From IMG/VR virus record IMGVR_UViG_3300043399_000676: a stretch of 64,000 nucleotides of DNA, one strand, 5' to 3'. This document shows, piece after piece, positions 36,745-46,570 of this stretch; positions within the stretch are counted from its first letter, which is position 1; every line of letters begins with the position of its first letter. Origin of the DNA: a virus (Duplodnaviria > Heunggongvirae > Uroviricota > Caudoviricetes). Both the position numbers and the translations under genes were made by a program. Below the pieces are notes generated by a model that was given only the letters and a program-made list of their open reading frames with translations, had not been told where the DNA came from and ran no database searches.

Positions 36745-36951
36745 ATGGATAACACTACAGTGGAACAAATCAAAGCCGCAGTTGAGGCGTGGGTTAAAGA
36801 AGACGAAAAATTTAGTAAAGGCAATGCAGCTGCCGGCACGAGAGCTAGGAAAGCACTTGCTGAAATCGGAAAGCTAATTAAAGCACGCCGTAATGAAATT
36901 ACTGCTGAGAAAAACGCAAGAAAAGCAGAGAAGGAATCCGCTAAGAAATAA
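36745..36951 (+). CDS. Histone H1-like (Hc1-family-like) small basic protein
   Basis: KGNAAAGTRARKAL motif; Lys/Ala-rich. Confidence 0.72.
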   Translation: MDNTTVEQIKAAVEAWVKEDEKFSKGNAAAGTRARKALAEIGKLIKARRNEITAEKNARKAEKESAKK

Positions 36952-36972
36952 GTCTTAGCTAACGTCTGATAG

Positions 36973-37004
36973 ATCTCCTGATGATAAATACGTCATCTGG
37001 AGAT
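36973..37004 (+). promoter_or_regulatory. Late box (36985-36990) in the loop of an RBS-sequestering hairpin
   Basis: ATCTCC-t-GATGA pairs with TCATC-t-GGAGAT. Confidence 0.72.
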
Positions 37005-37009
37005 TTTTT

Positions 37010-37774
37010 ATGGCTACGGCAATGACATTGGATCAACTAAAAGAAGAACTGTTCGAAAACATTCGATACCGGTTAGGCTCAGGGATCGTGGACATCGAGG
37101 CAGATCCAGAGCATTTTGAGGCTGCTTATAAGTATGCTTTAAAGGTATATCGTCAGAGAGCGCAAAACGCCACGAACGAATCATACACCTTGATGACAAT
37201 AAACAAACATCAAAACTCATATATTCTCCCTTCAGAGTTTATAAATGTAAGACAAGTGTTCAGACGTACAGTTGGACTAGAAACGGGGCCTGCCGCGTCT
37301 TCATTCGACCCATTCAGTAGTGCTATTCTTAACACTTACCTGTTGAACTATAACTACGCTGGCGGTTTGGCTACATATGACTTCTATGCTCAGTACATTG
37401 AGTTGGCTGCTAGAATGTTTGGTGGGTATGTAATTTTTACTTTTAACCCAGTTACCAAAGAATTAAAAATGGTTCGTGATCCAAAAGGTCAAGGTGAGCA
37501 AATATTAATTTGGGGAGACTTAGAAAGGTCTGAATCTGAGCTTCTACAAGATCCAGGTTCTGGAATTTGGATAGGAGATTGGGTTTTCTCTCAAATCAAA
37601 TATACAATAGGTGAAGCAAGAGAAAAATTTGCAACAATTGCAGGACCGAGTGGCGGTAGCTCGTTGAACGGGGCTGCATTAAAAGCTGAAGCAAAAGATA
37701 TGCAAGAAAAGTTACTTAAGGATCTGCAACTTTATACTGACCATTCACAACCTTTGACTTGGGTAATTGGATAA
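37010..37774 (+). CDS. Neck/head-tail adaptor protein (T4 gp13-like)
   Basis: RLG..IVD.E...GEAREKFATIAGPSGG.SLNG..LKAEA pattern. Confidence 0.78.
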   Translation: MATAMTLDQLKEELFENIRYRLGSGIVDIEADPEHFEAAYKYALKVYRQRAQNATNESYTLMTINKHQNSYILPSEFINVRQVFRRTVGLETGPAASSFDPFSSAILNTYLLNYNYAGGLATYDFYAQYIELAARMFGGYVIFTFNPVTKELKMVRDPKGQGEQILIWGDLERSESELLQDPGSGIWIGDWVFSQIKYTIGEAREKFATIAGPSGGSSLNGAALKAEAKDMQEKLLKDLQLYTDHSQPLTWVIG

Positions 37775-37830
37775 AAAATATATAGCATTTTCTTTAGAAT
37801 TTTGTTATGCTTCTATTTTTAAGGTAGAAC

Positions 37831-38478
37831 ATGCAAGAGTCAAAGAAGATAATCAGTATCAGTGGGCTTATTGGATCAGGAAAAGATACCATTGCCGACT
37901 TGCTTGTAACTTATCATGGGTTTAAACGTCTTAGTTTCGCCTCCTCATTAAAAGATGCGGTCTCGGCTGTTTTTGGTTGGGATAGGGAGATGCTTGAAGG
38001 CACAACTAAATCTAGTAGAGAATGGCGAGAACAAGTTGATCCTTGGTGGGCAGCGAGACTAGATATGCCTCATTTAACACCGAGATGGATTCTTCAATAC
38101 TGGGGAACTGATGTTTGTCGTAATCATTTTCATGATAGCATTTGGATTGCAAGCGTTGAACACAAGTTACTATCATCTAAAGATAACATCGTAATCACTG
38201 ATTCTAGGTTCGTCAACGAACTTGATGCAGTTAAACGGGCAGGAGGAATTACGTTAAGAGTGACCAGAGGACCTAACCCTGAATGGTATGAACATGCAAT
38301 CGCAGTAAATAAAGGTCCTACTAATATTGGTTGGGCTATCAGTAAAGAAGCACTCAATAAGATGAACATTCATCCTAGTGAATATTCTAGTGTAGGGCTA
38401 AACTATGATCATATCATCGACAACAATGGAACAATCGATGAACTACGGTCCAAAATAGAATCAATAATCGACTTCTAA
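37831..38478 (+). CDS. Deoxynucleoside monophosphate kinase (T4 gp1-like)
   Basis: P-loop GLIGSGKDT, FASSLKD, RWILQYWGT, ITDSRF.NE and H.SE motifs. Confidence 0.9.
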   Translation: MQESKKIISISGLIGSGKDTIADLLVTYHGFKRLSFASSLKDAVSAVFGWDREMLEGTTKSSREWREQVDPWWAARLDMPHLTPRWILQYWGTDVCRNHFHDSIWIASVEHKLLSSKDNIVITDSRFVNELDAVKRAGGITLRVTRGPNPEWYEHAIAVNKGPTNIGWAISKEALNKMNIHPSEYSSVGLNYDHIIDNNGTIDELRSKIESIIDF

Positions 38479-38808
38479 ATCGCCTCGTTTCCAATTAAGG
38501 TCTTTTCTTTTTATAACTTCTACACAATTCAAACATACGCTCCGAAGATTAGAGAACTCAGTATTCTCTAATTTGCCGTCAATATGAAACACGGTAATCT
38601 GTGAGGAGTAAACACTTCTAAAGCCACATAAGTCACATGTGGCTTTTTTCTTATATCCGCTTTTTTCCCAAGTGGGTTTCCATGGGGACTTTTTGGATTT
38701 CTTTCTTCCGCATGAATCGCAACAACTTCGGTAGTAAGTCTTGCCGTTTCGGTGGTAATTTACAGCCCTGTGATTCCTATTACATAGTTTGCATATAGGT
38801 CTGATCAT
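38461..38808 (-). CDS. Zn-finger/HNH-like protein
   Basis: Three CxxC pairs plus H.DG...N....NL...CxxC. Start reassigned to 38808, 5 nt after the late box at 38814-38819. Confidence 0.6.
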   Translation of the reverse strand: MIRPICKLCNRNHRAVNYHRNGKTYYRSCCDSCGRKKSKKSPWKPTWEKSGYKKKATCDLCGFRSVYSSQITVFHIDGKLENTEFSNLRSVCLNCVEVIKRKDLNWKRGDLEVDY

Positions 38809-38977
38809 AAAAATATTTATCAAATAACCTTTAAAGGTGCGGTAAAATGGCTATTTTTACGAATATATCATAAATACCCATATGATAGATATAAAAGGGT
38901 ATAGCTATCAAGATTCGTGAATCGGGGACTCCTCTGATTCTATGATTAGAGAAACAAACTTATTAGGAGATATAAAA

Positions 38978-41900
38978 ATGGCACTAGTGTCACCAGGCGT
39001 AGAGGTAACAGTAATTGATCAAAGTCAATACGTTACTACAGCCGCAGCCTCCGTTCCGTTGATAGTATTAGCTACTGCTCAAAACAAGGCTAATGCTGCT
39101 GGAACAGGAGTAGCAATCGCAACAACAAAAGGAAATGCTAACAAGCTATATCAAGTTACTAGCCAACGTGATTTGGTTAATCTATTCGGTAATCCATTCT
39201 TCTATAAAACTAGCAACGGAACACCTATCCAAGGTTATGAGTTGAATGAGTATGGTCTATTGGCTGCTTATTCATTGTTGGGTGTTACCAATACTGCATA
39301 TGTTTTAAGAGCTGATGTGGATTTGGCTACTTTAGTGGGACAGGTTTCACGCCCATCAGGCGCACCTGCAAACGGTACTTATTGGTTAGATACAACTAAC
39401 TCGTTATGGGGCATCTTTGAATTTAATGCAACTAATGGCAAATTTACTAACAAAGTTCCATTTGTAATTACTGATGCCGCACAAATCAACAATGGTGCAC
39501 CAGTTTCTACGTTAGGAAACATTGGCGACTACGCAGTAGTAGCAATTGAACCAGCAGAAACACCTGCTGCTGTTTCTGAGTATTTCTATAAGAACAAGAG
39601 TAACGTTTGGGTTCCTGTTGGAAGCACACAGTGGAAGAGAAGTCTAGCAACTGTTGCAGGAAGTATCGATCCAAACAATTCATTGAACCCATCACATGAG
39701 TTCACAATCAACGTAAACGGAGAATACACACTTGATATCGTATTTGGTAGCACTTCGATCTCAGGCGTAGTCGATGCAATCAATGCATTTGGTATTACAA
39801 ACGTTTATGCAGAAGCAGTTAACGGTAAGCTTGTAATTTACTCTTCACATCCTGCTAAGGATGCTTACTTGACACTAACTGATGTCGTTGCTGGCTCTTT
39901 AGCTAGTTTGGGAATTGATGAGGGTACATTCTATCAACCAGAAGTTACATATGGCACTTCTTCACAGATGCCACTATGGACTGCAAGTCAGTTGAAGCCA
40001 AGACCAACTGGTTCTGTTTGGATTAAAGTTGGTTCTGCTAGAGATGGATTAACACCAATCTTAACAAAGTATAACAGTGCAGCCGCATCATTCGTAGTTC
40101 AAACCGTAAATCAGTTTGTTAGCGATGCAGCAGCAAACGCAACCTTAGACTCAACTGGTGGCGCAGCAATTCCAGTTGGTACTGTCTTTGCACAGTATCA
40201 GTGGGGAGGTTCAGTTAACACTTCGCCTCTTTATTTCTGGGAAAGAGCAGTCTCTGGTGAAACAGTAGTAACCGGAAGTGTTGTTGATCCAACATTCATT
40301 AGCGGATCTGTTTTGAAGGTTCGTGTTTCTGTTCCAGGATCTTCCGCAATGAGCGATGTTTACGCATTCCAAGTTGCTGGTAATGACTCTGACGCTTTCG
40401 TAAATTCATGGAAAGCAAGAAATATTCCTTACACCTCAATCACCAATAATACAACCTCAGGTGCAATACAAATTGTTCACACTGCAGGTGGTGTAATTGA
40501 ACTTGATGATACAGTTGATGGCATTTCTGATCCAGTTGATGGTATCATTGCTTCTGCTGGATTCACCGCAGGTACTGTTACTGGTGCTAAGAACGGTTCT
40601 ATTATCACTTATCAAAATACAACTGCTCCTGTAGAAGAAACAGGCGATGCAATATTCAATGTAAGCAACTTAGGAACTCACTATGTTGTCAACGGAATTA
40701 CGTCCGGTGGATCAGGTTACTCTGTGGGTGACACTCTAACAATCCTAGGCTCAAACTTAGGCGGTGTTGATACTACAAATGACTTAACACTTGTTGTAAT
40801 TTCTGTAAATGCAGGTGCAGTCGAGTCAGTAGGTATCGTAAGCGGTACACCAGCAGTAACATATTCAACTGCTCTTTCAAACTGGATTGCAGTTTCTTAT
40901 ACTGCTAACGAAGGTGCCCCGATGGCAGATCCAGCAACAGGTACTCCATGGTACTATAGCGTGGTTGATGAAGTTGACATTCTAGTTAACGTTAACAACG
41001 TTTGGAAAGGTTACGGTAACGTGGCATTTGACAGTTCAGGTCATCCAGCTGCCACTGGTGTTAATTCAACTGATCCAAATGGGGTTATTGTAAGCGCAAG
41101 TGAGCCTTCTACTCAGTCAGACGGTGTTACTCAATTGGCATATGGTGACTTGTGGTTAGACTCTAGCGATCTAGAAAACTATCCAATGATCTATCGTTGG
41201 CAGTCAGTTGACACCGTTGATCAGTGGGTTTTAATCGACAAGACCGATCAAACTAGTTCAACTGGTATCGTTTTTGCTGACGCACGTTGGGCACCTAACG
41301 GAACAACTGATCCAATCGATGATCCAATTCCAGCAATCAGCAACTTGTTGACAAGTAACTACCTAGATTTAGATGCACCTGATGCAAACTCATATCCACA
41401 AGGAATGTTATTGTTCAACACTCGTCGTTCAGGCTACAATGTCAAGACTTTCAAGACTAACTATTTCAATGGTTTAGACTTCGAAGGATCTTTACCAGCA
41501 GTTAAGAACGCATGGGTTTCTGCTAGCGGAACAAAAAATGATGGTTCTCCATACATGGGTCGTAAGGCACAGCGTAACATGGTTGTTCAGGCACTTAAAG
41601 CAGCAATAACAACTAACATGGGAATTCGTGAGGAAGATACTTTCTTCAATCTAATGGCTTCTCCTGGTTATCCTGAGCTACAACCAGACATGGTTGCTCT
41701 TAACAATGATCGTAATAACACTGCTTACATCGTTGGTGACACACCATTACGTTTGAGTGATCAAGCTTCTGAAATTCAAGCTTGGGCAAGAAACGAAGCA
41801 GGCGCTGCATCAACAGGTGAAGATGGTCTTGTTACTAGAGATGAATACATGGGTATATTCTATCCAAGCGGAATTGCAACTGATTTGACTGGTGCAAGCG

Positions 41901-42496
41901 TAGTTGTTCCTGCATCACACATGATGTTGCGTACATTCTTGCGTAACGATCAGGTTGCTTATCCTTGGTTCGCAGCAGCAGGTACTCGTCGTGGTACAAT
42001 TGATAACGCCACTAACATTGGTTATATCGAAAAGACTACCGGTGAGTTCGTGTCTATCAAGAACCGCATGGGAATTCGTGACGTTCTCTATACCAACCAG
42101 TTGAACCCACTTGCTTACTTCACGAACGTAGGCTTGTTGAACTGGGGTAACAAGAACTCTAAAGACACACAATCTGCAATGGATAGAACTAACGTTGCTC
42201 GTTTAGTTTGCTACTTGCGTGAACGTCTACAAGTTCTTGCTAGACCATTCGTGTTCGAACCAAATGATGCAATCACTCGTCAAGAGATGACTGGCGTTGT
42301 TCAGTCGTTGTTAGTTGATCTAGTTGCAAAGCGTGGTGTTTACGACTACTTAGTAGTTTGTGATGAGAGCAATAACACCCCTGCTCGTATCGATAGAAAC
42401 GAGTTGTGGGTTGATGTAGCAATTGAGCCAGTTAAGGCTGCTGAATTTATCTACATCCCAGTTCGCATCTTGAACACAGGTGAAATTGGCGGTTAA
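38978..42496 (+). CDS. Tail sheath protein (T4 gp18-like, enlarged)
   Basis: N-terminal LVSPGVEVTVID; C-terminal YPWFAAAGTRRG, RL..YL, FEPND and IDRNEL.VDVAIEP.KAAEFIY. AGGAGA RBS before 38978. Confidence 0.95.
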   Translation: MALVSPGVEVTVIDQSQYVTTAAASVPLIVLATAQNKANAAGTGVAIATTKGNANKLYQVTSQRDLVNLFGNPFFYKTSNGTPIQGYELNEYGLLAAYSLLGVTNTAYVLRADVDLATLVGQVSRPSGAPANGTYWLDTTNSLWGIFEFNATNGKFTNKVPFVITDAAQINNGAPVSTLGNIGDYAVVAIEPAETPAAVSEYFYKNKSNVWVPVGSTQWKRSLATVAGSIDPNNSLNPSHEFTINVNGEYTLDIVFGSTSISGVVDAINAFGITNVYAEAVNGKLVIYSSHPAKDAYLTLTDVVAGSLASLGIDEGTFYQPEVTYGTSSQMPLWTASQLKPRPTGSVWIKVGSARDGLTPILTKYNSAAASFVVQTVNQFVSDAAANATLDSTGGAAIPVGTVFAQYQWGGSVNTSPLYFWERAVSGETVVTGSVVDPTFISGSVLKVRVSVPGSSAMSDVYAFQVAGNDSDAFVNSWKARNIPYTSITNNTTSGAIQIVHTAGGVIELDDTVDGISDPVDGIIASAGFTAGTVTGAKNGSIITYQNTTAPVEETGDAIFNVSNLGTHYVVNGITSGGSGYSVGDTLTILGSNLGGVDTTNDLTLVVISVNAGAVESVGIVSGTPAVTYSTALSNWIAVSYTANEGAPMADPATGTPWYYSVVDEVDILVNVNNVWKGYGNVAFDSSGHPAATGVNSTDPNGVIVSASEPSTQSDGVTQLAYGDLWLDSSDLENYPMIYRWQSVDTVDQWVLIDKTDQTSSTGIVFADARWAPNGTTDPIDDPIPAISNLLTSNYLDLDAPDANSYPQGMLLFNTRRSGYNVKTFKTNYFNGLDFEGSLPAVKNAWVSASGTKNDGSPYMGRKAQRNMVVQALKAAITTNMGIREEDTFFNLMASPGYPELQPDMVALNNDRNNTAYIVGDTPLRLSDQASEIQAWARNEAGAASTGEDGLVTRDEYMGIFYPSGIATDLTGASVVVPASHMMLRTFLRNDQVAYPWFAAAGTRRGTIDNATNIGYIEKTTGEFVSIKNRMGIRDVLYTNQLNPLAYFTNVGLLNWGNKNSKDTQSAMDRTNVARLVCYLRERLQVLARPFVFEPNDAITRQEMTGVVQSLLVDLVAKRGVYDYLVVCDESNNTPARIDRNELWVDVAIEPVKAAEFIYIPVRILNTGEIGG

Positions 42497-42558
42497 TTAA
42501 GTGGCCCCCTTAAATGGGGGCCTCTTAAAGAGATAAATAAAAATATAGGAGATAAAAA

Positions 42559-43185
42559 ATGGCAACAGCCTCACAATCGTTATACAACATGACCGTAGGA
42601 GCAGATAACACACCAAGCTCCCAAGGTATGTTGATGCCAAAATTACAATATCGCTTCCGAGTTCTATTTTTGAATTTTGGTACTGGTGGCTCAACGGTTG
42701 AATTGACTAAACAAGTTATGGACATTACTCGTCCTCAAGTTCAGTTCGATGAAATCACGATGGATATTTACAACAGTAAAGTCTATCTAGCAGGTAAGCA
42801 TTCTTGGCAAGAAATCACAATCAATCTTCGTGATGACGCTGCTGGTAATGTCAGTAAGCTAGTTGGTCAACAGTTACAGAAGCAGTTAGACTTTGTTGAG
42901 CAGGCTTCTGCTGCAACTGGTCAAGACTACAAGTTCCAAATCAATTACGAAATTCTAGATGGTGGTAACGGTACACTTCTACCAAACATTCTAGAAACTT
43001 GGGAATTGTATGGTTGCTTTGTTAAGTCTGTTAACTACAACAACTTAGATTACAAGACAAGCGAAGTTGCTTCAATTCAGCTATCAGTTCGTTTCGACAA
43101 CGCAATTCAGGCACCACTTACTTCTGGTATTGGTCAAAACGTTGGTCGTGCGTTCGGTGGCGGTTCAGCAACAGGTATTGGTTAA
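42559..43185 (+). CDS. Tail tube protein (T4 gp19-like)
   Basis: Directly after the sheath gene; KLQYRFRV, GKHSWQ.I.I and W.LYGCF motifs. Confidence 0.88.
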   Translation: MATASQSLYNMTVGADNTPSSQGMLMPKLQYRFRVLFLNFGTGGSTVELTKQVMDITRPQVQFDEITMDIYNSKVYLAGKHSWQEITINLRDDAAGNVSKLVGQQLQKQLDFVEQASAATGQDYKFQINYEILDGGNGTLLPNILETWELYGCFVKSVNYNNLDYKTSEVASIQLSVRFDNAIQAPLTSGIGQNVGRAFGGGSATGIG

Positions 43186-43209
43186 TCAAAGGTATAAGAA
43201 ATCTAGTAA

Positions 43210-44379
43210 ATGGCTGGATTTTTTCAAACCTTCTTTAGGGACGCTGCCAAAGGATTCTTTGGCAGCGAATACCTTCGTGATTTTACCCATGCATCAAAGA
43301 CGTTTAGGCCCAATGGGTACGCATACAGTCCAAAGTTTAAGTTCTTATTTCATGTAGAATTCAAGCTTAATTCTGATGTTGTTAGTAAAGTATTCAAAGA
43401 TAATTCAAACTTTGGATTAGCAGTTAAGACAGTTCAACTACCTAAGTTTAGTTTTAACATTGCAGAAATGAACCAGTACAATAGAAAAAGATTGGTTCAG
43501 ACTAAAATAAAATATGATCCAGTAAACATCACATTTCATGACGACAATGCAAACTTAATTCGTCACTTGTGGTATTCATATTATTCCTATTACTATAAAG
43601 ATCCATCTCAAAGAGATGCGATTGATCATACAAAGCAAACCGGGGCAAGCTCAGGATTTGCAATTGATTACAATAAAAGAACTCCGTATACTACTGGAAT
43701 AGAAAAAGAACTCGATTGGGGTTATACTGGTGAAGCCCCTGCGAACGTATCGGGTGGAAGAGAAGGTAATGCTAAACCACCTTTCTTTAGATCGGTAGAT
43801 GTATACGGATTTAATCAACATAACTTTGTTATGTACAGTTTAATCAATCCTCTTATTGAAAGTTTCAGTCATGATACTTATGACTACTCACAAGGCAATG
43901 GCACAATGGAAAACCAAATGACATTGCAATATGAAACTGTAAAATACTATGAGGGTGCAATCGACGGTAAGAGCCCAGATGCAATCATAAAGACATTTGG
44001 TAATTCATCGACTTACGACAGAACACTAAGTCCGATCGCAAGACCCGGTTCACAATCAAACATACTTGGACAAGGTGGATTGGTTGCGGCAGCAGGTGGA
44101 ATTATGGGCGACATAAAAGATGGAAACTTTCTTGCTGCGATTCAAAAAACAGGAGCAGCCGCTCAAACATTTAAAAACCCACAAAATATACTAAAGATTG
44201 CTCAGTCTGAAGTACTAGCGGGAGTTAATGATGCAATAAAAGGCACTCCAAATAGAAACACACCATTCAGCTTCCCGACATTAAATACTACTGCAATTAC
44301 TAGGACAGTGGATAGTGCAATTGGTAGCGCAGTAGAAGGCGCGACACGCATAATAAAATCCCCGCCTAGGGTAGACTAA
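43210..44379 (+). CDS. Tail-tube-like baseplate/tube initiator protein
   Basis: VKTVQLP.F....MNQYN...Y.PV.ITFHDD tube-fold pattern. Confidence 0.6.
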   Translation: MAGFFQTFFRDAAKGFFGSEYLRDFTHASKTFRPNGYAYSPKFKFLFHVEFKLNSDVVSKVFKDNSNFGLAVKTVQLPKFSFNIAEMNQYNRKRLVQTKIKYDPVNITFHDDNANLIRHLWYSYYSYYYKDPSQRDAIDHTKQTGASSGFAIDYNKRTPYTTGIEKELDWGYTGEAPANVSGGREGNAKPPFFRSVDVYGFNQHNFVMYSLINPLIESFSHDTYDYSQGNGTMENQMTLQYETVKYYEGAIDGKSPDAIIKTFGNSSTYDRTLSPIARPGSQSNILGQGGLVAAAGGIMGDIKDGNFLAAIQKTGAAAQTFKNPQNILKIAQSEVLAGVNDAIKGTPNRNTPFSFPTLNTTAITRTVDSAIGSAVEGATRIIKSPPRVD

Positions 44380-44388
44380 GGATTCTAT

Positions 44389-44754
44389 ATGGCAGAAAAA
44401 AGTATAATCGACACGTTCAACAATTCTTCAGTTTCAACTAGGATTGTTGATCAATTCTTTCAATTTGATGTTATTGTAAATGCCTCTGAGTTTGACATTG
44501 TGTTTTCTTACTTCAAAAGCGTTTCAACTAACCTAACCGCAGCTAAAACATTTACAGTCTTTCTTTTTAGAATATCAAACTTAACTCAGATTCCTGTGTT
44601 AACTCTACTAGATGAAATTAAAGGTAAAACTAAGTTAGAAATTAATACGTTTATAGCTTATTACTTGAATAGCTTTAAATCTAAAACTACTCTATATGGA
44701 TTAAGTTCTCAACCTAAGCCTAATCAAACAGTACAACGTAATGTGGTGGTATAA
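44389..44754 (+). CDS. Hypothetical protein
   Basis: ORF in tail operon. Confidence 0.7.
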   Translation: MAEKSIIDTFNNSSVSTRIVDQFFQFDVIVNASEFDIVFSYFKSVSTNLTAAKTFTVFLFRISNLTQIPVLTLLDEIKGKTKLEINTFIAYYLNSFKSKTTLYGLSSQPKPNQTVQRNVVV

Positions 44755-45191
44755 TGGCAAACTTTGCACAGGGAATCTATACTCCAAAACATCCAGAAAA
44801 GTATTTAGGTAATCATAAACCTAGATTTCGGTCAGGTTGGGAAATGTCCTTTATGATGTTTCTTGACAATAACGACAACATTTTAAAGTGGGCAAGTGAA
44901 TCTATATCAATACCTTACAAGCACCCGATGACGGGAAAAACAACGATGTACATTCCGGATTTCTTTGTCCTATATCAAAATAAGTTTGGGCAGCAAATAG
45001 CTGAAGTAGTAGAAATCAAACCTAAAAAACAAAGTTTGATCGAGAGTAAAAAGGCTTCAATGAAAGACAGAATGATTGTGGCAATAAATCAAGCCAAGTG
45101 GGCTAGTGCCACAGCATACTGCAAGAGAATGGGAATGACGTTTAGAGTTTTAACTGAAGAGAACCTATTTCATCAGGGGTCTAGAAAGTAA
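44754..45191 (+). CDS. Head completion nuclease (T4 gp4-like, TnsA-N fold)
   Basis: PEKYLG...RSGWE...W.SE...IPY...Y.PDF...EIKP...NQAKW motifs. Confidence 0.88.
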   Translation: MANFAQGIYTPKHPEKYLGNHKPRFRSGWEMSFMMFLDNNDNILKWASESISIPYKHPMTGKTTMYIPDFFVLYQNKFGQQIAEVVEIKPKKQSLIESKKASMKDRMIVAINQAKWASATAYCKRMGMTFRVLTEENLFHQGSRK

Positions 45192-45239
45192 AATAAGTCA
45201 ATATATTCGGTATAAATATCATACATATTGGGTATTTAC

Positions 45240-45722
45240 ATGAACAAAAAGCTTATCGACTTGTTTGAATTAGAGGAATCTGAAAATGCAGATCCGTTTC
45301 CTAAACCGTTAACGAAGGATGAAATTCAAAACATTACACAAGAGTCTTATTCTAACCTAGAAAAGATAGAAAACGCACTCCCACAAGTACGTGGATTAGA
45401 AACTAGTGACATTGAACTAGACGAACTGGCTCAGTTAGCAGTAGAAGGATACAAAGATTTATCTGATTTAGGTATGCAAGTAGATAGCAGATTTGCAAGT
45501 GAGATTTTTAGTGCCGCAGGGACAATGCTAGGACATGCTATCACCGCTAAGACTGCGAAGATCAACAAAAAACTGAAGATGATAGAGCTACAACTTAAAA
45601 AAGCTTCCCTTGATCAAAAAGAAGCTGCTAATGCAAAAGAAATTGAAGCTTCTCCTGTTGGAGAAGGCACGTTGTTAGATAGAAATGAACTCTTGAAAGC
45701 CATCGTGGCGAACAAAAAATAA
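45240..45722 (+). CDS. Possible terminase small subunit (gp16-like helical hairpin)
   Basis: Full TATAAATA box at 45211-45218; two long helices joined by a DSRFASE turn, recalling gp16 architecture. Inference only. Confidence 0.4.
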   Translation: MNKKLIDLFELEESENADPFPKPLTKDEIQNITQESYSNLEKIENALPQVRGLETSDIELDELAQLAVEGYKDLSDLGMQVDSRFASEIFSAAGTMLGHAITAKTAKINKKLKMIELQLKKASLDQKEAANAKEIEASPVGEGTLLDRNELLKAIVANKK

Positions 45723-45755
45723 CAACCGAGATAAATAATATTAATGGAAGCTATT

Positions 45756-46346
45756 ATGAAATCACTACGACATTTTCTTATCGAGAGCGCAAGAACTTAT
45801 CGATACACTATAAAGATAGCAGGGGAACTAGATAAGAACTTTTTAGAATTGTTTAAGCACAATCTTAAAAAGTTTGACCCTGTTAAGATAGATGAACCAA
45901 AAACCACTCCGGTGCAACAATCTCCATATGGGTTTCCTGATTTGGAGAATGAATCAGTTACAATCATAAAAGCTGAATTCAAGTATCCTGCAACTGAACC
46001 ACAGATCATACAAATGGCTCAGTTACTTGGACACAACGTTAACAGAATAAGAGTGGTAACATCTGATTTTGATGACAGCATCAATAATGAATCTGATAAG
46101 TATGCAAATCAAGCATCTCCTGCTTTAGGAGAACCTGATCTAGAAGATAACGGAAAGCAAGCGAGCAAAGAGTATGCAAATCAATATTTGGATAGGGTAA
46201 TGCCAAAGAAATCGAGTATTGATATACCTTATGCAGCTAAAAAGACACCTACTGTCGCTAATACTAGTAAAGATAAGGTAGGGACTCAAAGCCCAATGTC
46301 AAAGATTAAACTTCCTCCTAAACCACAAACAGGAGCTAGAAAATGA
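45756..46346 (+). CDS. Late protein with MKSLRHFLIES leader
   Basis: Late box at 45732-45737; alternative start at 45744. Confidence 0.68.
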   Translation: MKSLRHFLIESARTYRYTIKIAGELDKNFLELFKHNLKKFDPVKIDEPKTTPVQQSPYGFPDLENESVTIIKAEFKYPATEPQIIQMAQLLGHNVNRIRVVTSDFDDSINNESDKYANQASPALGEPDLEDNGKQASKEYANQYLDRVMPKKSSIDIPYAAKKTPTVANTSKDKVGTQSPMSKIKLPPKPQTGARK

Positions 46347-46570
46347 TCGATTTTACACCTTCACAATTGACTTGGATTGTCATCGGGGCATGTAGTATAG
46401 GAGGTACTGGGTACATTTCTATAAACTCTAAATTCGAAGATATTGACAAGAAAGTAGAAATAGTAAAAGTAAGTACCGATAATACCAAAGATGAAATGAA
46501 AGAAATCAAGGCGGCGCTACTTAGAATCGAAGACAAAATGTATAAGTCACAACAAGGATCACAAAAATGA
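46343..46570 (+). CDS. Small single-TM protein with coiled coil
   Basis: Hydrophobic LTWIVIGACSIGGTGYISI segment. Confidence 0.6.
   Translation: MIDFTPSQLTWIVIGACSIGGTGYISINSKFEDIDKKVEIVKVSTDNTKDEMKEIKAALLRIEDKMYKSQQGSQK

Noticed and set aside
36978-37005. Hammerhead ribozyme (CTGATGA core)
   Set aside because: There is no GAAA partner or three-way junction. It is explained by the RBS-gating hairpin.
38461-38808. Mobile homing endonuclease element
   Set aside because: It has HNH-like spacing but the terminal His is replaced, and there is no intron/intein context or flanking duplication. It was kept only as a Zn-finger/HNH-like CDS.
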